From the NCBI GenBank assembly GCA_038851035.1, contig JAWCLH010000013.1, forward strand, positions 10,970-74,969: a DNA stretch of 64,000 nucleotides, given 5' to 3'. The translations under genes and the position numbers were made by a program. The notes beneath the pieces were generated by a model that did not search any database, was not told the DNA's origin, and saw only the letters and a program-made list of their open reading frames with translations. Numbering within the stretch: position 1 is the stretch's first letter; each line of letters begins with the position of its first letter. Source of the stretch: Thermoplasmata archaeon. Its GTDB lineage: Archaea > Thermoplasmatota > DTKX01 > VGTL01. This document shows positions 18,253 to 30,000 of the stretch, one piece after another.

Positions 18253-21200
18253 TCTGAATCACCTCCAGTCAGTTCCCTTTCAAATCTCGCGGGTGCGGCG
18301 CTCGCAGGAACCTGAATTCTAGGCACGCTCGTCCCTGCCGGTCTCGGGCCGAGGATACGGTCCCCCGAACCCTCCCCGTGGGAGGGCGCGCCAGCCCAGT
18401 CGTCCATGACTCCTGTGGCGCCAGCTCCGGGAGCAGCGTCATCGCCCGCCGTCCCCGGGAGGCCCCTCCCTCCAGTGGTGGAGTTCCCGAAAACAGTGAC
18501 GTCGTCTATGTATAAACCGCCCCAGCCCGTCACCGACTCGTAGTGGTTGATCGTGTCCGCGCGGGTCACGACCCTGAACCTCAGGTGAATCACCGAGCCC
18601 GCCCAGCCCGTTAGGTCGCAGTTGAGCCGGGCGAGCGATGTGGAGAGGACCCAGTTCCCTCCGATGTTAACGCCCGTGAAGCTCTTCCCGTCCGGGCCCG
18701 CGGGCTCCGTCCCCGACACCTTCCAGGCCGCGCGGACGCCGAAGTGAATCGGCCTCCACGTTACTCCTCCATCGTCCGAGACCTCGACCCTGAAGCCATC
18801 GGGGGGCCTGCCCTCCGTATAGTTGATGTTGAATTTGAATTTGCATATCAGGGTGGCGTCTCTCGCGTTGGTGAGGTCGATGGGCGGGGTTATCAGGTAG
18901 TTGTCCAGCCCGCCCTTCAGATAGTCCACGCTCGCGCTCGGGTTGTGGCAGAGCCAGGCGTACTGCCCGCTGTAGGCATCGGCGAAGTCGCCTCCGCCAC
19001 CCAGAACATCGCCCTTCTTGACGAGCTCCCACTGGTCGGTCGAGGTCGTCTGAACGGCCGCGGAGTTGCTACGGGTCACCTTGACCTCCACATCGTCAAT
19101 GAGCCAGCCCTTCCCGCCCCCCCCTCCAGCGCGAATGTAGGCGAACATCACCCTGACGTACTGCTGGCCGCAGAACTTGTTCAGGCTGACCTCCGCATAC
19201 TCCCAGTCAAATGTTCCCCTGCCGCTGATGCCGTTCCAGCACCAGCGAATCTCGTTCCCGAGGTCGTCCAGGCGCGTCACGCTCGTCCTTATGTTGCCGG
19301 TGTAGGACTGGGACGGTGTCACGTATTCGTAGGTAAAGGTCACGTTGTTCACTGACGTCCCCACGAGCACGACCGCGCCGCTCCAGCCCATCGAGAGGTG
19401 GTATTTGTGCCAGAAGCAGAGCCTGGCTGATGTCACGCCCTGGAGGCTGAAGGACTGAGTTAGGGCGTAGAGGTCCTCGGCGCCCGGAATGTTGGGGGAG
19501 CGGCCTGAGGCCGGGCCCTCCGGTCCTGAAGAGTCTGACGGGGCCTGGCTCTTCCCGGGGGTCGTGGGCGCGCTCTCCGAGCCTCCATCCTCTGGAGCTC
19601 CTCCGCCTCCGCCGGCCCCGCCGCCGTCGAACGAGCCGCCCGCGCTCCTCGCGAGGGAGAGCGAGGCCAGCTCTTCCGCAAGCTCGTCGAAGACGCCCAT
19701 CAGGTCAGCGCTGCTGGGGGCGTAAAAGTACTTCCCCTTTGGCGATGTCGTAGCGATGCGATAGAGGTTGTACTCGGGCGTGCCCGACTCGAGCGAGCCG
19801 GGGCCGGTGTAGACCGAGCCCGCGCGGTCGAAGTTGCTGACGGACGATATTGTGCTGAAATATGGCAGGTTCGGGTCGTGCTCGAGGTTTATGCCGATGG
19901 TGAAGACGGTCATCGGGGCGTTCAGGAGGCCGTCGGCGGTGTTGCAGCCGCCGGTGTAGGTTTGGTTGTACCAGTAGCCCGCGACGCCCGCCTTGCCGAA
20001 GTATTTCCCTATGTGATAGGTGAAATAGCCCCTCGTCCCCCAGTTTATCCAAGGGCAGAATCCCGGGTTGGCCAGATTCCCGTTGCTGCCCTTCTCGATG
20101 TTGTTGTAATCATCTGGGTTTTTCGGAGGGTCCTTGATGTTGGAGTCGTCGCCCTGGTAGTCCTGACCGTCGCACAGCGCAACCACCACGGGAACCCTGT
20201 CCGCGGAGCGGTAGTCCCAGGTGTAGTTCATCGCCTCGCCGAATGTCTGCCATATCGGCGTCCAGGCCTGGCACGAGAGGGTATTGATTGTGTTTACGAC
20301 CGTGGTCCTCCCGGCGGCGTTGAGCTGCGTGAAGCCGAGGACGAACCTCTGTCCCGGGTTCTGCGCGAGCTTGAATATCGCCACCCTCGAGTCGTTTCCG
20401 AGGCCCTGTATCAGGGCGAGCGCGGCGTTCTTCTCGTCCTGCAGGGGCTGGCCCGCCATCGAGTTGGAGGTGTCGAAAACGAGGGTCAGGTCCACCGGCG
20501 GCCCCGGCTCCCTGAGCTTGAAGGAGGAGTTCATCGAGTGGAAGTCGTCGAAGGTCTGGCGGAAGCCGCGGAGCTCCTGCCATGACGACGCCACGTTCGT
20601 GGACACGTTCCCTATGTCCATGTACTCGAGGGCCGACTCTCCGTTAATGCGCACGATCGTCGACTCGTGCCTCCAGTGCCCCGTCCCGTTCTCCATGTCG
20701 TCGAAGAAGAAATAGGTCCGGAGCCCCACGGAGGCGCGGTCGTTGAACCTGAATATCTCTTTGACCACTCCGTCGGGGTCCATCACGACCGATATCACTC
20801 TCTCACCGGCGAAGAGCGGGGTCCAGATGATCTCGGTCATGGTCGTTCCGCCGGGCGCTATCGAGGCGAAGGCCGTTCCTATGACCGTACTCCCGTCCAG
20901 GAAGCGCACTGAGCAGTCGCCCCTAGAGCCGCCCTCGTTGCGTAGGGACGCCTTCACAACGTAAGAGCTCCCCATGGAAGGGCTCATCCAGGAGAGGGGG
21001 GTCATGTTCCCGAAGTACAGGTCCACTTCGGTCACCCTGAGCTCTATGCGGATGTCGGGCATCCCGAGCCAGTGCAGCGCGAGGTAGGTGAACTCGGCCT
21101 CGTACTCCTCCTCGCCCACCCCAACCCTCCCGGCTATGAATGACAGGTCCCAGCCGCACCAGATGGTCTTGTAACCCATTGACGGGGATTCGTAGCTGAC

Positions 21201-24023
21201 AGCGTTGAATGTGCCTGCGGAGCGGTTGTGGTAGGTGACGCCGTAGGCATCGGGCCTCGGGACCATGGTCGACCCGCCCGAGGCGGGCATGAAAGTCCGG
21301 GATATCGTGTAGTTGATTCCGTGACCAACAGGGTTCCCCTTTACACCGTATAGAATTTCAGGAACGCCCCGACCGCGCTCCACTCCGCTGATGTGCAGGA
21401 AATCGTGCACAAAGGTGCCCGCTCCGTAGCTACCCGTCTCGAAGGCATCCTGCCCTATGAGCCAGAGGCTCCTGCCGTCGCCGGAGGAAAGGTATCCCCT
21501 GAGCGCGCCCAAGTCGGCCGCCGTCAGCGGTTCGCTCGCACCGGGCGCGCACTGGCCCGTCACCCATATCACGGTGTTGTACTTCCTCAGAACGGCCTCG
21601 GAGGGCCCATCATCGGACGGCCCGGGGACGACGTGCGTCTGGAAGGTGTAGCCCAGCCTCTCCATCGCTCTCGAGACCTCGAATGAGGAATTGTAACCAG
21701 TGCCGGTTGCGCGGTTGTTGGGGCTGTCGTCATCGTCAACGAGAAGAACGCTGAACCTGACCATGAGCTGCGAGGAGGAGGCACCCCAGGCCTCGTTGTT
21801 GTTCTCGTCGACCTCGGGGATAAAGTTGAAGGGGTCCACAGTGACCCTGAGGGTGTGTGTGCCGACCCTGTTCGCCACCCACTTCATCGTCACCTTCACC
21901 ACCCCTCCAGAGGCCGGGACCAGAGGCACCTCGACCGGATTGGTTGTGGCGCTTGAATTCTGGAGGGCGTCATCGATGTAGAGCTCAACGGGTACCACGG
22001 GCACATTGTTCATGAGGAATATCACAATCACCCTGTCGGAGCCGACGGGCTCGTTGCTGGGTCCATTGTTGCGGACGAACACCGTGAGATTGACCTCGTC
22101 CATGAAGTCGGGGTTGAGCTTGCTGATTCCCTGCTCCGATATGGCGAGGTCCCTTCCCCACCTCGCGAGAACGTCGAACCACCTTAGCATCTCATAGGTG
22201 AGGATGGCTCTGTCGTTGGCGCTCCTGAGCTGGGTGAGCTCGAAGGAGAAGAAGGCCAGTGTGTAGGTCGGGCCCGAGCCGTTGGTGGTGGCGTTGAACA
22301 TCAGGCCGTATCTCTTCATGAGGCTCGAGTTCCAGAGCGCCCCTATTGAGAACGCGTCCGGCGCCAGCGTGTCCGCCCTATCCATGAGGCCGCCAGTCCA
22401 GGGCCACGGGTTCATCGGCAGGGACATATTCTCTGTCGCGCTGTTCCCGGGAACCCCCTCGAGGGTCCCGGCGGTGCCCGTGTTCAGGTTGTAGCCCTGA
22501 ACATGGAGATAGTTCGAGAGGAAGCTGCCGTTCAGAATTCTGAGCTCGTCCACGATGTCCTGGCCGATGAGCCAGAGCTTGCCGCCAGCGTCCAGGAATT
22601 TGGTCAGGCTCTCGATGTCGCCCGGCGTCAGGGTCGAGGCGGTTTCGAAACCGGTGAGCCAAATGACTAGGTCGAAGTCGATCAGCCTTCTCTTCACGGG
22701 CCCTGCGTCGTACTTCGGACCGTCTCCGCCGGCGACGCTGTAGTAGGTATACTGGGCCCCTACTGCGCTCAGGGCGGCCCTGAAAGGCGATGTGACGTCC
22801 TTCAGGCTCCCGTCCCCAGCCCTGTCGTCGTCCACGAGCATGATGGTGGGCAGGACCTCGACCGTCTCCGTCCTCTCGTTGTTCCAGGGGTTTGCGTCGT
22901 CGGGCGGGGCGGTGGTCACGGAAACATTCGCTCTGAGCTGGTGCATCCCGCCCACGTCCGGAATCCAGATGGTGTAAACCTCCAGTAGCTGTCCCGCGGA
23001 TACGGAGATGTTGTGGTCGGTGAACAGCTTTCTCGCGCCGTCCCAGTAGGTCAGACTCACGCCGCAAGGCACCCCGCCCTGGTTGGCGATTCTGACGAAA
23101 AACCTGACGGCGTCGCCGTGCTGCGGGTGGTTGTTAGAGAGATAGATGGCGGTGATGTTCAGGTCCGGGGCGTCCGGAGTGATGATACCGGGGCCGATTC
23201 TTATTTGCTTGCTAGCGTAGTTATTGGTGAAGAGACTCTCGTTGCGCAGCGGAATCACCCTCACATAAATCGTGTGCGGGCCCCAGTCCCTCACCGTCCA
23301 GTTGAAGCTCGCCACCGCTACGTCGCCCGGCTGGCCGGTAGAGTTAAGGAATGGAACGGTCTGCTGGGGGAGGGCTGTGGCGCTGTACATGTGGACCGAA
23401 GCGACCACCTGCACGCCATTCACGGGGACCTTGCCGTAATTGTGCACGAGAACGTCGATTCTTATGATATCGCCCTGCATGGGAGCGTTGGCGCCCTCAT
23501 CTATCGGCGCTCCCGAGCGATAGAAGGATATGTCCGCGGAGGTAAGGCCGATGTCTGGGAGGAGGGTGTAGTCCTGCGCCCTCTCGACCTCCTGCTCGCA
23601 GAGCAGTCTACTATTCACGCGGTCCACGAGAGCCACGCGCACCCTGTCCTCTGGCGCCGCCACGCCGCTGATGTCTCTTCTCCACACCTCGCCAACTCTG
23701 AGTATACCGTCCGGGTGGCCCGAGGCGATGTCGTAGATCGCAGGAAGCGCCCCCACGGGGCCCACTTGAATCTCTATGCCCGGATCCCTGAGTTCGCTGC
23801 CGCCGATATGCTCTATGGTGAGATTGGTGCCGTCGAAGCTCGACGCAATTTCGACGCTCAGGGCGCCCGAGGGTGGAGTGACCGAGAGGAGCTCGACCGC
23901 CATTGCCGAGAGCATCACGACGCTCATGATAACCAGCAGAATGTCCCCGAGCACCTCCGAGACGCCCCGCTCGTCCCGGGCGAAGGGCCGGTCCCGGGTC
24001 TTTTTAAAATCTCGCTGCCTCAT
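18249..24023 (-). CDS. giant (1924 aa) type-IV-pilin-like adhesin with VWA domain (paralog B)
   Basis: N-terminus ERGVSEVLGDILLVIMSVVMLSAMAVELLSV (class III signal). VWA MIDAS motif VDLTLVFDTSNSMAG. Same domain order as the flanking paralogs; C-terminal GWAGSVIHLRFRVVTR...IDDVTVFGNSTTG then a G/A/P-rich tail. ATGA overlaps at both ends. Confidence 0.8.
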   Translation of the reverse strand: MRQRDFKKTRDRPFARDERGVSEVLGDILLVIMSVVMLSAMAVELLSVTPPSGALSVEIASSFDGTNLTIEHIGGSELRDPGIEIQVGPVGALPAIYDIASGHPDGILRVGEVWRRDISGVAAPEDRVRVALVDRVNSRLLCEQEVERAQDYTLLPDIGLTSADISFYRSGAPIDEGANAPMQGDIIRIDVLVHNYGKVPVNGVQVVASVHMYSATALPQQTVPFLNSTGQPGDVAVASFNWTVRDWGPHTIYVRVIPLRNESLFTNNYASKQIRIGPGIITPDAPDLNITAIYLSNNHPQHGDAVRFFVRIANQGGVPCGVSLTYWDGARKLFTDHNISVSAGQLLEVYTIWIPDVGGMHQLRANVSVTTAPPDDANPWNNERTETVEVLPTIMLVDDDRAGDGSLKDVTSPFRAALSAVGAQYTYYSVAGGDGPKYDAGPVKRRLIDFDLVIWLTGFETASTLTPGDIESLTKFLDAGGKLWLIGQDIVDELRILNGSFLSNYLHVQGYNLNTGTAGTLEGVPGNSATENMSLPMNPWPWTGGLMDRADTLAPDAFSIGALWNSSLMKRYGLMFNATTNGSGPTYTLAFFSFELTQLRSANDRAILTYEMLRWFDVLARWGRDLAISEQGISKLNPDFMDEVNLTVFVRNNGPSNEPVGSDRVIVIFLMNNVPVVPVELYIDDALQNSSATTNPVEVPLVPASGGVVKVTMKWVANRVGTHTLRVTVDPFNFIPEVDENNNEAWGASSSQLMVRFSVLLVDDDDSPNNRATGTGYNSSFEVSRAMERLGYTFQTHVVPGPSDDGPSEAVLRKYNTVIWVTGQCAPGASEPLTAADLGALRGYLSSGDGRSLWLIGQDAFETGSYGAGTFVHDFLHISGVERGRGVPEILYGVKGNPVGHGINYTISRTFMPASGGSTMVPRPDAYGVTYHNRSAGTFNAVSYESPSMGYKTIWCGWDLSFIAGRVGVGEEEYEAEFTYLALHWLGMPDIRIELRVTEVDLYFGNMTPLSWMSPSMGSSYVVKASLRNEGGSRGDCSVRFLDGSTVIGTAFASIAPGGTTMTEIIWTPLFAGERVISVVMDPDGVVKEIFRFNDRASVGLRTYFFFDDMENGTGHWRHESTIVRINGESALEYMDIGNVSTNVASSWQELRGFRQTFDDFHSMNSSFKLREPGPPVDLTLVFDTSNSMAGQPLQDEKNAALALIQGLGNDSRVAIFKLAQNPGQRFVLGFTQLNAAGRTTVVNTINTLSCQAWTPIWQTFGEAMNYTWDYRSADRVPVVVALCDGQDYQGDDSNIKDPPKNPDDYNNIEKGSNGNLANPGFCPWINWGTRGYFTYHIGKYFGKAGVAGYWYNQTYTGGCNTADGLLNAPMTVFTIGINLEHDPNLPYFSTISSVSNFDRAGSVYTGPGSLESGTPEYNLYRIATTSPKGKYFYAPSSADLMGVFDELAEELASLSLARSAGGSFDGGGAGGGGGAPEDGGSESAPTTPGKSQAPSDSSGPEGPASGRSPNIPGAEDLYALTQSFSLQGVTSARLCFWHKYHLSMGWSGAVVLVGTSVNNVTFTYEYVTPSQSYTGNIRTSVTRLDDLGNEIRWCWNGISGRGTFDWEYAEVSLNKFCGQQYVRVMFAYIRAGGGGGKGWLIDDVEVKVTRSNSAAVQTTSTDQWELVKKGDVLGGGGDFADAYSGQYAWLCHNPSASVDYLKGGLDNYLITPPIDLTNARDATLICKFKFNINYTEGRPPDGFRVEVSDDGGVTWRPIHFGVRAAWKVSGTEPAGPDGKSFTGVNIGGNWVLSTSLARLNCDLTGWAGSVIHLRFRVVTRADTINHYESVTGWGGLYIDDVTVFGNSTTGGRGLPGTAGDDAAPGAGATGVMDDWAGAPSHGEGSGDRILGPRPAGTSVPRIQVPASAAPARFERELTGGDSE

Positions 24024-27000
24024 TCCATCTCACCTCCCCTAGGGCGGACCAGAGCCGGGGTCGCGGGCACAGCGACCAGCCCCAAGGGCCCGAGCATCAT
24101 GCCCCGCAGGCCCGCGCCCTCCTCTCCCGATGCCGGGTCAGGGCCGGAGCTCTCGACCGGGCGGCTATCGGCCCCCTCGTCTCCATAACAGACCTTCCCC
24201 CCCGCCCCAACCTCCTCCTCAGCCTCCGCGCCGGAATGGCAAGCGCTCGTGACTGACCTCTCCACGGGTCCGGCGGCCCTCCCGCCCGTGGTCGTGTTGC
24301 CAACAACCTTGATATCGTCAATATAGACTCCTCCGAAGCCCGCGAGCGCGCTATGGTAATGGTCGGCGATGTCGGTCCTTGTGACCACCCTGAAGCGCAG
24401 AAGTATGACCGAACCTGCCCAGCCTGAGAGGTCGCAGTTCAGCCTCGACATCGTGCCGCTGGCGACCCAGTTACCGCCGAGGTCCACGCCCGTCGCGCTC
24501 GTCCCGTCCGGACCCGCGGCTTCTGTCCCGGAGACCTTCCAGCCCGAGCGGACGCCGCGGTTCAGGGCGCGCCAGGTGATCCCATTGTCGCTCGAGACCT
24601 CAACCCTCAGGCCGTCGGGTGGCCTGCCGTCAAGTGAGTTGATGTTGAACTTCAGCCTCGCGTCTAGCCGGGCGTCGAGGGCGTTCGTCAGGTCGATGGG
24701 AATTGTAGTCAGGCTGTTGTCTATGCCAGCCGCGAGATAGTCAATGCCGGGTGAAGGGCTGTGGCAGAGCCAGGCGCGCTCGCCGCTGTAGGCATCGGCG
24801 ATGTCCCCACCCCCGCCAAGAGCATCGCCCTTGCGCACCAGCTCCCACTGGTCCGGTACCGACGCGGAAACTGGCACGGCATTGGCGCGCTCCACCCTGA
24901 CCTCGATATCGTCTATCGCCCACCCCATTCCCGTCCCTCCAGTGCAGTAAAAATAAGCGAAGCGAATTCGTACAAACTGGTTTCCTATGAAAGGCGTGAG
25001 GTCAGCCTCGACGTAATCCCACGTGAATCTGCCCGAGCCGCTCACGCCATTCCAGCACCAGCGGATGTCGTTTCCGAACCCGTCTTTTAGGTGCGGTGTG
25101 CCCCACTGCGCAATCTGGAGGTTACCGGTGTAGGGCTGGGTGGGCGTGATGTAGCGGTAGGTATATGGGCCGCTCTCCGAGGCAGCGGTACCGACCATCA
25201 GGACCCCCCCGTTCGCCCCAGCTTTCAGATCGTACTTGTGCCAGAAGGTCAGTTTGGCCGAGGAGACGCCCGCTAGGCTGAACGTCTTGGTGGTCAGGTT
25301 CCTGTCGCGCGGGGTCTCGTCCCCGTTCATCCAGTATCGAATTCCCTCGCCAGCCAGAGGGACGTCGGAGGTGACCAGGACCTCGTCCACGACCCAGCCG
25401 GTGGCCACGCTGGAGCCGTCCGAAGTGAACTGGAACCTTAGCACCATCGACGACGTCGGTGTCACCGCGCCGCCCGCGGTCAGGTCGATGTAGCACTCGT
25501 ACTGCCAGTTGTTGGAGTCTTTGTTCGTGCTCCAGACCTGCGTCCAACTCGTCCCTCCGTTGTTGCTCACGTATACCCTGCACCAGTCGCCATTGTTCCC
25601 AAGGTCAGGACAAGACCAGAACGCCAGCCGCGGGTTCTGGCGGCCCGAGAGGTCGAAGACGGGCGATATGAGGCTGTTGTTGTCGTTGTTGTCGTAGTTG
25701 CCCGTGCCGGTGTTGAATGAGCGGTAGGCGAAGGAGCCGTTGTGCTTGATGCCGCTGTGGCGGACCCACTGCGAGCCCGCAGCTCCTCCGTTGACCGTGG
25801 TCCATACCGGAGTGGCGTTCTCGAAACTGTCGTAGAAGACCGTGACCTGCCCCCTCTCCAAGGCGCCCCCCTCGGGCGTGGAGCGGCCGAGGGTCTGGGC
25901 GAGCTGCTGAATCACTTGTGCTATTTGAGAGTATATCTGGAGAAGCTGGTCGCTCGTTGGGGCGTAGTAGTAGCTCCCGCCCTCTGACGCATCGGCGGCG
26001 TCCTGCAGATTGGCGGTGTTGACGTCCCCGCCAAGGCCGATTGTGAAGAGGGGCCCGTGCATCGTGGCGATGAGCGCAAGGGTGTAGTCCCTAGTGTACG
26101 GCGGGTTGTCGTAATTGAACTGCCCGTCTGTGAGAAATACCACGGCCCTCATCGCCCCCGGCCTCGAGTTCTGGATGGTGTAGTTGGTGCCCTGGGACAT
26201 CGCGGTCCAGCCCGCGGTCCATCCGCCCGCCGACAGCTCCTTGATGGTGTTGATGCAGGCGCTCTTGTTGAAGGTGAAGCCCAGGTCCATCGTCACCCCG
26301 CTCGAGAAGGACCATACCGATATTCTGTCTATTGACTCAAGCTGCGTTATGAAGAACATCGCGGCGTTCTTGGCGTCCTGAATCTTCTGGCCGCCCATCG
26401 AGCCCGAGCGGTCGATGATGATGGTGCAGTCCACAGGCCTCCTGATGTCCTGCCTCGACTCGTGCATGTAGAAGGCCCTCGGCCAGCTCCTATACACAGA
26501 GGTTATGTTGGGCAGGCTCGCGTTGTCCGTGGTATTGTACCAGCCGTCCATCTCCTGCCAGCCCTGTATTATATTCGTGTTCGCCACGCCCGGGTCGAGG
26601 TATTCGAGAGCCGACTCGCCGTTTATCCGCAGAACCGTCGCTTCGTGCCTCCAGTTCTTCGTCCCGCTCTCCAGGTCGTCGTAGAAGAAGTAGCAGTCGA
26701 GGCCGACTCCCGCCACATTGTTGAACTTCATCGTCTCGCTCACCGCGTTGTCTGGGTCAACGGTTGCGCCTATGACCCTGCTGCCTGCGAAGAGAGGCCT
26801 CCAGACGATCTCGGCCATCGCCCTCCCGTTGGCCTCGACCGACACCGTGACCGAGTCGATGACTGTGGTCCCGTCGGTGAAGCGAACGACTGCATCGCCC
26901 CTCGTTCCCCCTAGGTTCCAGACCATCGCCTTGAGGACGTAGGATTCGCCTAGCATCGGCTTCATCTCCCTCAGCGGGACCATGCCCGAGTAGTAGAGGT

Positions 27001-30000
27001 CCATGGACGTGACCCTGAGCTCCGTCCGGCTCTCGTAGAAGTGGAACCAGCGCATCACTAGGTAGGTCAGCTCTGAGAGATAGTTGTCGTTTCCATCGTA
27101 CGATATGAATGAGGCGTCCCAGGCGGTCCAGACGCTCCTGAAGTTGTGGGTTGCATTGTCATGCCTAACCGAGTTGAATGGCCGGCAGAGCGAGATTCCG
27201 TCCACCCTCCCCTCGCCCTCGCCAATCCATACCTCGAACCCGTCCACGCTCTTGATTCCGAGCCCCATGTTGCCGGTACCGTGCCTCAGGTCCTCCGTCA
27301 GGTCTCTGGTGACGGAGTGCCAGGAACCGTCCATCGTCCAGCTTCCGAGTCCGAAGACCGGGTTGGGGCCGGGGATGTTGGCGTCCGAGGTGGAGTAGAA
27401 CAGCGTCCGATGAGCGTTGGTGGTGTCTGTCACGTGCCATCCAAAGCTCGCCTCAACTTGGAAGGAGAAGCTCCAGCGCGCTGTTAGTCGGCTGCGCTCG
27501 TCCCAGAAAAGGTCGTTCGGGTTCTGGTTGTTCGTGGCGCTGAAGTCGCCGATAATGAAGACGGTGCTTTGGACAGACGCACCGGTCCTATTGAGCAGGA
27601 TGACCCTAGAGCCCCTCGAGGTGTCCTGAACGTTATAGATGCTAGCGGTCGTGCCCGGCGGAACCACCCTAGCGAACCAGCGCGCCGTGGACCCGTCCTC
27701 CGCGTCGCAGAGGTTTCTCTCGCTCGATGCCGATGCGAGGGGTGACTGGAAGAGAATTCCGTGGCCGTCGATGTACGGCACCAGGAGCCCGCCCTTGTCC
27801 GTGAATGTGGGCTGGGCGGGGTAGGAGATTCCATGGGTCACTGGGTCCATATAGACCCCCTCAATCGTGGAGGGCGTGTGGCTGGCCGGGTCGGAGACCA
27901 ACGCCACCCTCAAGAAGTCCCTACAGAACGGGTCGGAGCCGCTACTGTAGTCCCCGGGCAGAACCGCCTTCTGGCCGATGAGCCAAAGGCCCCGGCCGTC
28001 CCCCTTCTTCAGGAAATCCTGCAAATTGCTCCGGTCATTCGCCGTCAGGGCGTCCGGGCTCTCACCGGCGCACCAGATAATCGCATTGTACTGGCTCATC
28101 TTGTTCAGGTCTGGGCCGTCCGCGCCAGTTGGGACGACGCAAACATCGAAATCGTAGCCCAGCGCATTGACCGCACGGCTGACATTTTGTGTGGCGTTGT
28201 ATAGCGTTCCACCGTTGTTGGCGCTACCATCGTCGTCCACTAGGAGCGTTCCGTACCTGACGAAAATCACCTCATTTGCAACGGCGCTAGCGACCTTATT
28301 ATTGAGCTCGTTTATCTCTTCGATATAGTCGTAGGGGTCGACCTTGACCGTAACCGTGTGGAGCCCCACCTGGTCGGCCACCCAGACCATCGACACCTTC
28401 AGGTAGCCGCCCCTGCCCGGGACCACGAGCGAGGGGTGGGGTGTGTTCTGAGGAATCCAGAGCTCCGAAGTTGCGAGGTCGAACTCCCAGAGCTGGGTGC
28501 TATTTTCAACCGTGACGCGCGCGGGGTCGAAGGCCTTTCCGTCGATATAGAATCCGAGTTGGAGAATGGGGTTGAGGAATGAGGGCGGCTCGTCGCTCAG
28601 GCCGTTGTTGCGGACGAGGACCGTGATGTTGACCTGGTCCATGAATGTGGGCGTGGTGATGTTGAACTCCTGCTCTGATATCGAGAGGTCACGGCCCCAG
28701 CGCGCGGAGCAGTTGAACCACTCGAGCATCGTGTAGGTCAGGATGGAGCGCTCGCTGGGGCGCTTCATACGAGTCAGCTCGAATGAGAAGAAAGCGGAGG
28801 TGTAGGTCTCGACCCCGGGGGTCATGTTCGTGGTTGCGTTGAAGAGAATTCCGACGGGGCGGTTGGGCGCCACCGCTTCAACTAGAGCAGAGGCTGCGAA
28901 CGGCCTTGGCTCGACGAAGTCGCCCTTATTCAGGAGGCCCGGCGGGTAGGGGGTGGAGATGTTGAAGGAGGCGCCTGGTAGAATTCCGGTCCCAACCACC
29001 GGGTCTGGAGTGCCGGCGTCTAGGTAGGATGGGAGGGTTGCGATGGGGTCTACGTTCAGGATGCTGACCAAAAACGCGTTGGATAGGCCGAGGTCGCTCA
29101 GAATTCCCTGACCGATTAGCCAGAGCTTCCCGTGGCCGTTGATGAGATACTTTATCAGCTCCATCTGGTCATTGGGCGTGAGGGTCGTGGTGTCTTCGAA
29201 GCCCGTCATCCATATCACTAGGTCGAAATCCCGCATCGGGTGCTCCCCGGAATCGTATCTCGGTCCATCGCCACCGGCTACGACGTGGGTCGTGTAGGTC
29301 GCACCCACGCTCTCCAGAGCGGCGCTCATGGGCGTCACCACGTCCCTCACGCTCCCCTCCGCGGCGCGGTCGTCGTCGACGAGTAGAATCGTCGGCATTA
29401 CCTCCAGCTCCCTAGACGCCTCCCCGCCCGTCCCGTTGGGCTCGGTGGCGTTGACGATTATCGTGTGGAGGCCCCCGGAGCCGGTCTTCCAGAACGCAGT
29501 TGATATCGTCTCGCCGCCGACGGGAATGCCGACGCCGGTGAGCTCACCTATCAGGCGGGAGTAGCTGCCGTCGTAGAAGCGCACCGTGGCGTAGGCGGGC
29601 ACGCCGCCCTGGTTCACAATCTTCGAGCTGATAATAACCGTTGAGCCGTGGACGGGGTGCTCGTCAGAGAACTCGATCGACTTGACCACGAGATAGGGCC
29701 TGGTGGGGCTGGTGGCGATGACCGGGTAGCCCACGCGGTATTGAACGACGGCGTTGTTGTTCGAGAAACGGGACTCGTTGTGGAACGGGATGATTTTGAC
29801 GGTGAGGGAGTGCATGCCCCAGCTTCCGTTCTGAATTCGGTAGCTGGCGGAAACGCGGGTTGAGTTCCCGGCTCCGAGCCAGGGGATTGTGATGTTGGCG
29901 AAGTCGATAGAGAGGCGGTCTAGGCTTGAGTAGTCGCTCATCCTCACCCGCACGCCCGGGACTCCAGAGCCGCCGTAGTTGTGGATTGTGGCGTTGATGA

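Noticed and set aside
11707-18315. Numerous plus-strand ORFs of 100-390 aa (e.g. 16906-17727, 13894-14655) inside giant gene C
   Set aside because: All are antisense to a continuous 7.3-kb minus-strand frame with clear domains. Compositions are Arg/Val/Gly-rich GC artefacts.
18744-24188. Plus-strand ORFs inside giant gene B (e.g. 23013-24188, 391 aa; 19878-20585)
   Set aside because: Antisense artefacts of the 5.8-kb minus-strand gene; no motifs.
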